DNA of 64,000 nt from Haliotis rufescens (lineage: Eukaryota). Below the pieces are notes generated by a model that worked only from the letters and a program-made list of their open reading frames with translations, was not told the DNA's origin and did no database searches. The stretch lies in contig NW_025963850.1 of NCBI RefSeq assembly GCF_023055435.1, positions 1 through 64,000 on the forward strand. The letters are read 5' to 3'. Position numbers and translations under genes: made by a program. Of the stretch, positions 39,691 through 52,927 are shown piece by piece (position 1 is the stretch's first letter; every line of letters starts with the position of its first letter).

Positions 39691-41969
39691 CATATGAAAG
39701 AATCGGGTGTTCGTTTTGAATAGTATGTACTGTAAATCTTTAAATTAACTAAAGAGTTAATTATCAATGCAAACATTGAGAGTAGACTTTATTAATTAAA
39801 CTTTGTATTTATGTCTCAGTAATGTGTCTGATTGGAGTATTCATTTTAAACTTTCGGCATCTTGTACTAGTGGCTAGCTCTGTAAAAATGGCATAAGTCC
39901 GGATTAATATGAGCAGACATACATGCACATACACACACACGTGCATACACGTCGCTGTAAAAGTGCAATAATCTTGGACGCAACGTTAAACTCCATTTCA
40001 CTTAAAAAGACTTAATCAAATAAAAAACCTACTTATTTATACTTGGCAAACGTATTTGTACTGAATATCGTTTGTGAAGTCATATGGGAAGATTAGATTG
40101 GGAAGGAAATTAGTTTTCTGCCCCACTCACACTAGCCATTGACGAAACATGGTGCATGTCCCTTGCCGATCTCAAATCCTTCAAGATTACATTTCAATCG
40201 CAGGTTATCGCCAGCCATACTGCCACCGCCTTTACAAACAGTATCCTGGCTTGTGTCCAGTGAACAAAGTCAGTTGTAGACAACGTCCGCATAGAAAATA
40301 TGCAAACCACGTTTACGGTAGCTGGTCAAAGGGAGGCAACTCTGTTTGCAGATATTATGCCAGCAAATGAAAAGTACTGAAGTTTTTATAACGAGACCTG
40401 GATACTGTGGGAAAATGATTACAGTATTTTCCTGTTTTCCATCAAGCAAATTTGTTCTTCATCTCATTTACATGATAGGGTGAAAGTTTGATCTTTTGAT
40501 GTGGTCCAAGCCCATTTCACAGTCACAACCATTGTATCTGTAACCTATTGTTCAAGTAATGAGAATGGTAGAGAAAACGTATACGCTCACTTATGCTATT
40601 TCTAAACAGAGGGACGGTTTGGATATTTGAAACCATGTACAACGTGAAGGTTTTGTAGCACTGTGATCACTGGTGAAGATGAACAGTTCCAAGTTTTCAG
40701 GCGATCGTCACATCCCATTGGCACATTTTCTATATTTGACTATACTTGATGCACCGCACACGCATCAGGGAAAATAAAGACAGAAGACGTTTGCCGAGCA
40801 ACAGAGTCCCTGCTTCTGTTAATGTTCGTAGTTGTGGAGTCACTTTGTGCTTGAGGCATTGGCTTCGCCACGACTACGACGGGGTTCCATTCTCAACATG
40901 AATAATGTTTAAGATAATTATTGGTGCCCCTCCCGTGATATGGAATTAATAAATGAAACTGACTAAAAATTACATCAACAAAATGTTGAACATTGATTGC
41001 TTACAAGCCATTGGTTGATGTCATTATTCTGGTCCTGCTGTGTATTATGGTTCAAGTCGTGCTGCAGTGTGACAGTTAACTTGTGTGTGTAGACAGTAAA
41101 CCATGAAATTAGTCTTCAGCGGGCGGACGGGGACAGATGTCAGTGATTCCGGATTTTCGGACTGCCGTTGGAAGGCAGGTTTCAGTGAAAGGAAAACCTG
41201 AGGTCACATTATGAATATGTTCTGATTACTGACTTAAATAATCTGTTCTTTATTCAATTTAATTTAGAAAGTATGTGAATATCTGAGTATTTTATCATTG
41301 CTATGACTGTGAGGTGGAGGTATTTGAATTCGTCAGGGATATTTGTACAGATAATAGCGACAAAATCCTTTCCAAAATCACCAGAAATCTCTTCTGAAAG
41401 CTGATTCCATTTTACGATATTAAGACTTTATTAAAAGCATTACTACGTACTTACATTATTTCTTAGAGATATTTCACATGGAAAATCGAATACGTAGCAT
41501 TCTAAATTCAATAAATATACAACGTCAACGCCTGAGAATAACCAATCTTGATTATCCACCGAAACACATTCCATTGGGCGTAAAAGGCATAGTGATGAAA
41601 ACTATAGGAATGGATTACTGAAAATCATTCAGTCTGATGACACCATGTCTCCCGAAAGTGTACGCATGTCCTGCCAAACCGGTAGGAGCCGCCATTGGTA
41701 CAATTTGACTCCACCTGTTCTTGAGGTAAACTTGCAAATGCAGAAAACACAAAGGAACAATGATTTGATAAATATATATATTTCCCAAACATGATGACTG
41801 ATTATATGCCCCCCGTTTACTGATCGCTGTAAAGTAGAAGTGAGATTACAATATCTCTGAACAAGGTAAAAATGTATGACGATAGTCATGTTCAAAATGA
41901 AAAAAAACAAGTTTCATTTCTTGTAATATTTCTCCGACCGAGGTGCAATTACATTGACAAGGAGGGCCG

Positions 41970-42624
41970 TAACTGCAGGATGTTGAGAATGTTCTCCCAT
42001 TCGATCTCCCTTTACTTTTCCAGAGTTCATTGACCAGGACCATATAGGTGGCTGAACTGCCATTACACTGAACATCCATTTAGTGAGCATAATCAAGATC
42101 TGCATATACATTGAACATGGGTGTGCAACTCTGCCCTGTTGGACAGCCACAATGCTTAGCCCAAGTTCAGTCCCGATAGACTCAAATCCCCTCCCAATAT
42201 GTCTCGCAACAAGTCCGAGATCTCGTGGAGTTACAGGAGTCTTAAGTCTCTCGTTCACACGGCGTGTTGAACCTACACACAAATCTGTATTACGTGATGT
42301 AGCACCAATTCTACCACAAAGGCTCACATAAACAGGTTTCTTTCTGTTTTACAATATCTCAAATACTCATCAATATTCTTAATAAGCATTACAAAATAAA
42401 ACAATCGAAATTGGCCTATGTCCTCCCATATTCATTTATGTCATCATAATAATGAGTAAAATATGTTAATAGTTACACTGAACACATTTGATACTAGTAT
42501 ATTACAAAATTCCTGAAATGAAATTATCAAATTATAATAAAAGAAATTCTCACAAAATTCTCAATTTAATGTGGGGATTTAACACACCTCTCCTTATGAT
42601 CTGCTTGATCCAGTACTCGATCAG
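41970..42624 (-). pseudogene. DD5: 5'-truncated, frameshifted subfamily A DD gene
   Basis: DD exon 42272 to about 41970 with a frameshift after MLTKW, a small deletion and a lost stop. Only the 3' half of exon 2 remains (about 42588-42624). Exon 1 is replaced by the next duplicated unit. Confidence 0.8.
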
Positions 42625-44237
42625 GAGACCGTCTGAGACCAGTATCACTTCGGGCTTTCCTCTCACATTAAGCTGTCACGCCGTGATATAACTGGAATAC
42701 TGTTAAAAGCGGCGTTGAACCTCAACTCACTCACTCACACACTCTGGAGATTGAATTAGAAGGAAATTAGATTCAGCCCCACTCACACCCGACATTGACG
42801 CAACATGGTGATTGTCCCTTGCCGATCTCAAATTATCAAGATTTCATTTCAATTACATGTTATCGCAAGCCGTACTGCTCGCTATTACAAACATTATCCT
42901 TTCTTGTATCCAGTCAACGAAGTCAGTTGTAGACAATGTCAGGGATAGAAAAGGTTGAATAATGCATACCACGTTTACGGTAGCTGGTCAAAGGGAGGCA
43001 ACTCTGTTTTCAGATACTATGTCAGCATTTGACGAGACCTGGATACTGTGGGTAAAATGCTTACAGGCGTATTGTCAATAGAGGCATCACCTGTAGCTGT
43101 TCGTACTGGGCTAAAATGACTTTGTTTTCTGAATGTGGCAAATGTACGTAATATTGACGCAAGGTATAATGAAATGAAGTGCACTGATGTTTGAACGGCT
43201 TTAAATGTTCTGTTTTGGGTTGAACTCATTTTCCAGAATGGAAATAGTATTTTCCTGTTTTAAATCATACCATGAAGCAAATTTGTTCTTCACCTCATGT
43301 ACATGAAATTTTGATCTTTTGATCACCAAAACCATTGTACCTGTTACCTATTGTTCAGGTTGTGAGAAAGGGAGAGAAAACGTTTATGCTTACTTATGCT
43401 ATTCCTATATAAACAGAAGGACGGTTTGAATATTTGAAACGATGTACAATATGAAGGTTGTATAGCACTGTGATCGAACTACGAATTACGAATTTGTTCT
43501 GATTACTGACTTGAATAATCAGTTTTTTATTCAATTTAATTTAGAAAGTATGTGAATTTCTGAGTAATTAATCATTGCTATCACTGTGAGGTGGAGGTAT
43601 TTGAATTCGTCAGAGATGTTTGTATGGATAAGAGCGACAAAACCCTTTGCATAATCACAAGAAATCTCTGTTGTAAGCAGACTCCATTTTACGATCATGA
43701 CTTTATTAAAAGCATCACTATGAACTGTCAGTATTTCCGGGAGATATTTCACATGTAAAATCGAATCCGTAGCATTCTAAATTCAATAAATATAAAATGT
43801 CAGCGCCAGAGAATAACCAGTCTTGGATATCCACCGAAACAGATTCCATTGGGCGTAAACGGCAAAATAGCTGGGAAAACTATGGGAATGGATAACTGAT
43901 AATCACTGATGACACCACGTCTTGTGAAAGTGCACGCATGTCCTGCCCAACCGGTAGGAGCCGCCATTGGTTCAATCTGACTCCACGTGTAAGAGCCGCC
44001 ATTGGTACAATCTGACTTCACGTGTTCTTTGGGTAAACTTGCAAATGCAGAAAACACAAAGAAACAGTGATTTGATAAATATATTTACTGATCGCTGTAA
44101 AGTAGAGGTGAGACTACAATATCTCTAAACAAGGTAAAAAGGTATGACGATAGTCATGTTCGAAATGATAAAAACAAAGTTTCATTTCTTGTAATATTTC
44201 TCCGACCGAGGTGCAATTACACTGTCAAGGAGGGCCG

Positions 44238-45133
44238 TCACTGCAGGATGTTGAGAATGTTCTCCCATTCGATCGTGCATCTCTCTTTACATGTCCATAG
44301 TGCTTTGACCAGGTCCAGATAGGTGGCCGAACTGCCATTCCTCTGCTTCCATTTAGTGAGCATAATCAAGATCTGCATATACATTGAACATGGGTGTGCA
44401 ACTCTACCCTGTTGGATAGCCACAATGCTGAGCCCAAGTTCAATCCCGACATGCTCAAAGCCGATCCCGATATGTCTCGCTACAAGTCCGAGATCTCGTG
44501 GAGTTACAGGAGTCTTCAGTCTCTCGTTCACACGGCGTGTTGAACCTACACACAAATCTGTATTACGTGACGTAACGCCAAAATCATCACATATAAACAG
44601 GTTCTGTTTATTGTGTGACTGATATGTGATATCGAATTAACGTATCTCAAATACTGATCGATAATCATCATTACAAAATGACAGAAAATGAAACCGTGTA
44701 TATCCTCTGATATACGTATATGTCGTCAAATAATGACCACAAAGTTGATAGTAATACTGAACAAATGGGATATATAACCAAATTTCTGAAATCATTTTTT
44801 TTCAAATTGAGACGTACAACGTCTTACACAATTATCTTTTTAAAATGGGAATTTAACGCACCTCTCCCTATGTTCTGATGGATGCAATACTCGATCAGCT
44901 CGTTGTTCGACTGGTGCATTCTCTAGAACGAAAAGCACACAATATCACGTTGGTCAATAATTCTGTTACCGTATATCCACTTTTAACCACACAAAATGCA
45001 CTAAGCTGAGGATTGAATGTTGTGTACATGTTATATTACTGCTAGCTTAAGTGTATAAACATCTTCATAGAAGAAAGTTATTAAGACGTACCTGATACTG
45101 AAGTCCTGAGAAGCACGAGACTAGATTCCCCAT
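44238..45133 (-). CDS. DD6: N-acylation-signal, death-domain-only protein, subfamily A (136 aa, 3 exons)
   Basis: Exons 45133-45092 (MGNLVSCFSGLQYQ), 44922-44862 (RMHQSNNELIEYCIHQNIGR+G) and 44545-44238 (STRRVNERLKTPVTPRDLGLVARHIG...NILQ*). GT-AG; 411 nt. Confidence 0.85.
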
Positions 45134-45231
45134 GTTGTCTGTATCTAACCTTATATGACGCCGAAGTGCACTACTCTGTTTGTTGATCCTACCTGACTGA
45201 ATCAAGACCTCTCAGCTACATGTGAGCAATA

Positions 45232-45242
45232 GGGGAATCCCC
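45232..45242. promoter_or_regulatory. kB site of DD6
   Basis: GGGGAATCCCC about 100 bp upstream of the ATG. Confidence 0.7.
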
Positions 45243-45291
45243 TGTACCAGGTTGGACGCAACTTCTCTCTCGATCCAAGGCTTCCATCAAG

Positions 45292-45980
45292 TGAGTGATC
45301 GTGAGTGAGTTAATATTTAAAGTCACATCGGCACTATTTCAGCCATATCGCGACTTGAACAAGTTAAACATTTATATTATATATAAAAAACCTGTCGCCG
45401 AAGGACAGTACAACAATTAGCAATATATCACAGATTATAATTTTAAAAACTAATTTTAGAGCAATAAAACGATCAAATTAAATCAGACGACACAGTATAA
45501 AAACGGGCTGTAGATCGCTAGCAACCGAAGCTAGGCCACCATACTAGGGACCATGGGGACTTACGGTACTTCTGCTACCTACATGGTCCCCAGCAGGATT
45601 TACACCATCCCTCGGGCTACTGGCGATGATCAGAAATATTAGCCAAACAGTTAAAATCAACAAAAATGCTACGATTAAAATCACAGCAAAATGAAAAGAT
45701 ACTTTGAATGATACCGGACTTACGTACCTTCCCAGGGGGACAATTGTTTTACGATACTTCAACCCCCTGTGAAGATACAGCCACTAACAATCCAAGTCAT
45801 GAATTCAATTTACCAAATTAAAATCACTTTCTATATACTATACATATTATAATCAAAATTTATCTATTAATTCTATTTCTTTTAAAAAACCGATGAGTAA
45901 ATGCGCACTGATACTAAAAAGATCCTTGATGGACGAAACTTTGAAATACTTATCCCTTGTAATGGAAAAATCAATACAGT
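45292..45980 (-). mobile_element. 5'-truncated LINE (I/Nimb-like ORF2 C-terminus + 3' UTR + (ACTC)n tail) with 16-bp TSD
   Basis: DCIDFSITRDKYFKVSSIKDLFSISAHLLIGFLKEIELIDKF*. TSD caaggcttccatcaag at 45276-45291 and 45981-45996. The paralogous DD1 promoter (about 2865-2885) is an empty site. Confidence 0.8.
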
Positions 45981-48012
45981 CAAGGCTTCCATCAAGGATT
46001 TCGGATTTACGGATTTTCGGATTTACACTAACGGCGTGCGTCAAACTGATCTGTAATGAGAACCAGATTACAGAAGCCCTATATCAGAGGCATACTGCTT
46101 GTCATGTGTGTTAAGTGTGGTGTGAGAGACTGTGAACAACCTTCATAAAGAATCCACACGACAAAAGTGGTGGAAAATAAAAACACAAGGTTGGAATGCC
46201 GTTATAAAGCTGAGGGATAAGATAACCCCCAATATCACGGGATCAGTGAAGAAATTTAGGATGCAATATTCTCTTTTCAAACAGTGTAAAAGCTGCTATT
46301 TCACGACATTTGAGATTGGCTAACGTGTATTGGTATTAATAGTGAAAAGGAAAGTGAAAAATAAAATCATGTTTATTTGATACTGAGATAATGTTCGTCA
46401 ACTTTGGAAATCAAATACGAAGCTGTTAATAGAAAGAAGGATGGTAATTTGCTGAATATGGGACACAAAAAGTCGGATTCTCGGAGTTAGGAGTTCATTC
46501 GGCAATTTAGTCTTTGGCTGAAGTGAACATATGAGGGAGCAGTCACTTCACTTCAATTCTTTCTCCACTAAGCCCAGCTGTTCAGTCAGTAATCGATTCC
46601 TCCCTTTCCTGGATACATGCCTGACATGTTCATTTTTCGATGAAGAAAAAAGACATGGGGATATGGTCTCAAATGAAATAAACAAAATGGATATTTTGAG
46701 AATGTATTGTGGTACAGTGTATCTCTTTCATGTAAGCTTTGAACACATATTATAAATAAGTAGCATCTTTGAAGTTATTAATATAGATAGTCAAACATCG
46801 TTTGTAAATACGTAAATACTAAGAGTTATCCGAGGTTTGACACAACTGAAAATAAATAAAGATAAATACGCAGGGACCAATGTTTTATTTCGAGACAAAC
46901 GTAAGTTCGACACACCAAAGGTCGACACAACGGTGTCTGATTGCACGTATCTATAAATCTTGAAATAACCGTAAAAAATGTATATATTAAACAGAATGTC
47001 TTTGGCAGGGCAAGTAAAAAATAAAAAATAGATATTGTATCTAAGACCTATGGTACTCTTTGTGAAGTGCGTCAAATGTAGGACATGCGTCGGCGTTGTT
47101 AATGTTTAATACTGGCTCATATAAATAGAAAGCTTTTTTGAAGGGATATGTTTATGTCTACATATATACTCCTCTTGAGTCGTATGTAGGTAAAGAAGAA
47201 CCCGAAATTTGTGGTCCTGAAAGTTTTAGAAGAATATGTCAATCCATGCATTAATGATGTGCACTGGCTCTGAAAAGGTGATCACACTTGCTGCATTACC
47301 AGATCTGTCGCAAGCTGTCATCCATTATGCCTGCGAACTACTACTTGATAAGTATTTGAATAGAATCAAGCGACAAAACCCTTTCCAAATTCACTAGAAA
47401 ATGTCTGTTAAAATCAATCAGAGTCGATTGCACGATTCCAACCAGGAAATAAACTACCAAATAGCATACAGCTGTTTCAATGGCAGTAGGTTCCTGTCAG
47501 CTCAATATTTAGGGTCGAGATGAAGGGATTCAGTAATTAAGTGTTGCACTGAGTGGGTGTGAATGTTAGCGTTTTGTGAGAGGCAGTTCTTTCGTTACGT
47601 TAGTTTCAGTTTCCGGATTTTCGGATTACGGATTACGTTTAGGGCAAATCTCTTCACAACTCGCTCAATCTTCCGCTAATATCACGAGAGGCAGAAAGAC
47701 AAGTTGTTACAAAGGGCATCGTAGCAGCTAATTCACAACATTTATTCTAAAGACAAATACAATCACAATGTATCATATACGGAAAATATATAACTTTACA
47801 TATGACGAGCGTTCAGTTCTATACAGAAATAGATGGTAGTCCCTGAAGCATGGTTGAGTGTTCAGTGCAGCACTAGCACGAGGAAACAAAAAATAAGGCA
47901 TGATTTTACTACATGTTGTCGCTGAAACTCAGTGAAACATACATATATCCCCACTCGTGTGTTCACAGCAATGAAGCCAGAGGGTGTACTCAACAGTAAT
48001 GTTCCGTCCTGA

Positions 48013-48943
48013 TTACCCAGACGTAGATGCTGGTGACAGTAGGATGTTGAGAATGTCCTCCCACTCAATGGTACAGCTGTCATTGCATCTCCACAATGCT
48101 CTGACAAGGACCAGTCCGGTGGCAGATCTTCCGTTCTTCTCCTTCCACTTGGTAAGCATGTGTACAACCTGCAAGTACAGTGAACATGGATGCGCAAACG
48201 TGACTTGTTCGATAACCACGAGAGTAAGTCCAAGTTCGATGCCAACAGACTCGAACCCGATCCCGATGTGACTTGCAGCAAGGCTGAGATCTCGTCCAGA
48301 TACAGGAGTATCCAACATCTCGTCATTTACAGCATATGCTTGGTTCGGGTGTCTTGGCCCTACAACATTAAACTCACAATAAACTACCTATTTACTTGTG
48401 TACATTGTGTTTGATAGATGTAACAACACTCAGTTCACTTTCATTATTCTAAATTAGCCTCACTAAACAAAAACAAAAAATACGACACGTCCATGAATTC
48501 ATCCACTCATCCATATGGTAATGTGGAAAAAATGATTGTGGTACTCATAGAGCTATACTTCCTCAAATATTATAAGACAAACAGATCGTTTCAATTCAAT
48601 GAAACTAAAAAAATGAAACAATGTGTTCCAACGTACCTCTCTCTGCCGGGTCGCGTTTATAATGACATTTTATCGAGTTCCCTGTGGTGGTCAGTCTCTG
48701 GAATCGAATAAACACAGTTTTAAACACGATTGATAGCTACACTATCATAGCAATAGATCATCTTACATAAACTAAACTAAACAAAACAATGCAATAACAA
48801 ATGCACGTGTACACACGCCGACGCGCATTATAAACATTGATACGTTAACGTGCGAATCGGGAAAGAACGTGAAATAAGCCTGTGGCTGTATATATACCCA
48901 CCTGATATCGGAATCTTGACCAGCATGAAACATTATTACCCAT
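48013..48943 (-). CDS. DD7: N-acylation-signal, death-domain-only protein, subfamily B (149 aa, 3 exons)
   Basis: Exons 48943-48902 (MGNNVSCWSRFRYQ), 48697-48637 (RLTTTGNSIKCHYKRDPAER+G) and 48359-48013 (PRHPNQAYAVNDEMLDTPVSGRDLSLAASHIG...). GT-AG; 450 nt. Confidence 0.85.
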
Positions 48944-49029
48944 ACTGTGAGTATCTATGCTTCTACTTCACACACGTGTATCCTACAGCCAGCTGACACA
49001 GTCTGATACTGTCGACGGTTCTGACAATC

Positions 49030-49062
49030 TTTATATATTGTAGTAGCGTAAGGGGATTCCCC
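49030..49062 (-). promoter_or_regulatory. TATA box + kB site of DD7
   Basis: TATATAAA (minus) at 49037-49030; GGGGATTCCCC at 49052-49062. Confidence 0.7.
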
Positions 49063-52000
49063 TGCCTTTGGTAAGGAATTGTCAGTCACAGGCAACTTAC
49101 AACCGGTTTTGGGATCGCAGTTCGGATTTTAGGATTTCATTCGCCATATCAGGATGATAGGCATGGGTAAAATACTTGTGCCGGTAGTATAAACACTTGC
49201 GTCAGTCGTGTGTTTATAGCCTTTTAGAAGTTGGAAGAATGTGAAAAAATGGAAGGTGTTTGGATGACAACTTCTTGCCCGTTCATCGTGTGACGATGCA
49301 GGTGAAGGAAAGACGAAGTAGCCCTCAAATGTCGTAACAAACAATAGAGAAGTTGTGATCCATAAGAGTTTCACGTGTGTTTGGATCATACTTGCGCGCA
49401 AGTCATAGCGATACTTGTGTTCTCTGGGCCATCTGTCTTGTTCAGGTGCAGTAAATAATACACTTCTTTAAGTTTATTCAGTTAAATTGTTCATTTTGGC
49501 TTTCATCAGATCATCTGTAGATACGCGTGTTCTCATTTTCTTTATCAGCAATACACGGTATGCAGAAACTGATCAAGACAGGAACCATTAAAACCATTTC
49601 ATCACATTTCTTTTGATGTTACGATTATAAATGATTCTGTCTTCAGTCTATGTATTTTGGCAAGGATGTTCAAACAAAAACTTTTGCATATGATATATGT
49701 GTCTCAAAGCAATATTACCAAGGAACATGATACGTATATACATCGGTAAGTGTTGGAAGCTTACGCCGTAATATGATCAATTAGATCAAACCGATGTACC
49801 ACACTAAAATCATTGATCCGAAAACCCGACAAAATGTTATACATGTAAATACATGTCGCTAGAGAAGCTGTACATACCGGAATGTGTACATAGGAACAGT
49901 CATGTTGCTGTGCGGATAAGGATATGAGTTCGCGGGTAGTGTCAGTAGGAGGTGTATACGATTTTACGTGCTGAATGGGCTTGAAAATATGAAGAAGAAA
50001 TGAGGGGAAATATGAGCAGTGATGTGGTTTGGTATATTGAGGAAATGATATAACATGTTGTCTACATTCACATGTCTCATCATATAAGTGTGCATCATAT
50101 AAGTGTGCACAAAACACTTGAACTTGTGTAGTTGTCAATAGTGCATAAGATAACCAGGCAGTGATCAATACGTAGTGTAAAATTGACTTCCGCCAGAACA
50201 GATATAATGATGTCTCACTGTGACATGAGTGCATAACGAAGAACCTCCTTTGAACTAATTGTCTAGTTGAACGTTCCACTGTTTGATTGATGTCGATGTG
50301 CATGGGAAGCAGTTCAGTCACCTCGCATCTACTCCCGATATATCCCGCGAAGACTGAGGGATCATCTGTAGTTAAATTCTGTTCATTATTATAAAAGGAA
50401 TATCTGCTAAAACCTAATCTTCATCAACTGAAGAGGAATATGCAGAATGGTTATAGTATTCAACAATGTACGATTATCCCAGATAAACTCAATATTTTAT
50501 GGTTAATATATCGTACCCACATTACACAGGCGAAGTTAGTATCAGAACCATTGTCAGATATTAAGTAATTGGTGACTGAATAAATTATACATTTGAACTA
50601 TACATGGGACAGGTTTTTGGACCAATGAAGTGAAATTTTCCATTTACAAAGAACATATATATTTACCTTCTCGTGTACCCGGACACAGGCTTACTTGAAT
50701 GGCTTGACGATCGACCACGTCGGGTTCGATTCTCAACATGACAATAACGTTTATGACAAGTTTGATGCACTTGTGGTATGTGGACATAATATTTAAAATG
50801 TTAAAAATGGTTACTTTTATTATTCTGTTTCGTGTGAGAATTATGCATCACCTGTAGTATGTGGTACTCTATTAAAGTTAAATTGTGCGTAAATAGTAAA
50901 GCGAGCGGTACGATGTTTCAGGACTTTCGGATTTTCGGATTGTCGTGAAAAGGCTTATTGAAAAGAAATGCATGTCGTTACGAATAAGTTCTGATTACTG
51001 TTTGCAAACACTTGAATATGTTTTTATCATTGCTATCACTGTGAGGTGGAAGTATTAAAAGCTTCCGGCTCGTGGTATTTAACATAGGGCGGGACGCATA
51101 AAACCAAATGAACCCCTCGTGGTATTGCTAAAATGAATGTATCTTACTGACATGTTGCACTTGTTAAAGAATGGATGCAAAATCAAAATTGATAGAAAAC
51201 AGATGTTCGATAGAGCTGAGGATAACTTGTGCTATGTCACGCGACTTTCACTGACTCGGAAAACGCGTGCGGCTTTTTGCTTCGAAGCGGGGTTGAAGGG
51301 ATTCATTCTCCCGCTCAGGGATCACGTGATGCCTGTCTTCTTCGTGGCGGGGTATAAGCGATTATTCTCCCGCTGAGACATTTATGTTCCACCCAGACAG
51401 AATGCATAGTATTTTATCAAGATCACGTGAACCAATCATATATCAACATTCTGAAATGGAGATATAATGGAACAGAACATAGAATAATTAGAAATATCTG
51501 CCAAACGTAAAGCAGATTTTTTGAATCTGACTTTATCATAAGTATGTGTTATTTTATGCAGTGTCAACTTAACTTGGAGGAAAACTGTAGCGCAGATCAT
51601 TCACGCTTACCACTTTGGCAGAACCTCCGATCATTGGTATGTTTCTAACAAACCAACAATCATAATCAGCACAAATCTGGGATTCGAACTCACAATCATA
51701 GGATTTCGCCTTGCTGATTATGAACAGCTATCTGCAACGCATCAGACTACTAAGACACCACATTGAGTCGTGGAAATGAATTGCTGGATATATGACAAAT
51801 ATAGACTTCATCGCATTACCGAGCTCAACACTGTAGTATATGTTCCTTCCGATTGAAGTTAACTGAAATATGATAAAACACAAGACTACGATGTTTCATT
51901 ATTCTTTGTATATTTCTGAGCGATATTTCACAGATCTAATGGAATCCAAAGCATTCCGAATTTAGTATTTCATATCATTACACAGGCCAGACAGGGAGCG

Positions 52001-52171
52001 GAAAAATCCCCCGATAGGTGTGATAACTATATATATTTGCTATACATGAAGGCAAATCACATAGCCACTTTTACCTCGACACATCTGATCGCTGTACAGG
52101 AGGGGTGATATCGATATCAAAATATCATGATTCCACCATTTATTGAATGTATATTATTACTGAGATTACAG

Positions 52172-52809
52172 TGACTGCAGGATGTTGAGAATGTCTTCCC
52201 ATTCAATCGTGCATCTCTCTTTACATGTCCAGAGTGCTTTGACCAGGACCAGATAGGTGGCCGAACTGACATTCCACTGCTTCCATTTCGTGAGCATGGG
52301 TGTGCAACTCTGCCCTGTTGAATAGCCACAACGCTGAGCCCAAATTCAATCTCGACATACTCAAAGCCGATCCCGATATGTCTCGCAACAAGGCCGAGAT
52401 CTCGTCTAGTCACTGAAGTCTTGAGTTTTCCGTCATCACAGTGTGCTGAACCTATATGACAAATACAAGAGACACAAAATGTTATTTAACGGCTGTAATT
52501 AGATGTAAGATTATAATATTAGTTCCCGAGAGCTGTTATTCTGACAAAACAGTTTAAGAGAAAAAATAACTGAAATGATAACATGGGCATGGGAAGCTAA
52601 AACATAGTACAGTAAAACAGTTAAAGAGAAATACAGGAAACCACAGGGGACAATCATGTATCAGCTTTACATATAGAGCATAGAGGACGCGCATAAACAC
52701 TGATGAACAGTGTCACGCTGACATTCATTAATTGTTGGGAAAATACGTGAAGGGAATCTTAACCTACCTGATATCTGAATCTTGACCAGTATGAAACAAT
52801 ATTACCCAT
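52172..52809 (-). pseudogene. DD8: chimeric DD pseudogene
   Basis: Exon 1 at 52809-52768 is MGNIVSYWSRFRYQ (subfamily B type, Cys to Tyr). DD exon from 52451 is subfamily A type, with a frameshifting deletion after VAHPC. No exon 2 recognised. Confidence 0.75.
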
Positions 52810-52916
52810 GCTGCCTGTATCTACGACGTCTCGTGAGAAAATGAAACACACATGTGTATCCCTCAGTCGCCGCGACAACTGTGCACAACTACTTTTAACA
52901 CCTATGAATAGGGAAA

Positions 52917-52927
52917 GGGGATTCCCC
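52917..52927. promoter_or_regulatory. kB site of DD8
   Basis: GGGGATTCCCC about 108 bp upstream of the ATG. Confidence 0.65.

Noticed and set aside
49761-50321. 186-aa minus-strand ORF and its paralog at 11780-11995
   Set aside because: No recognisable domain, and the reading frame is not conserved between the duplicates.
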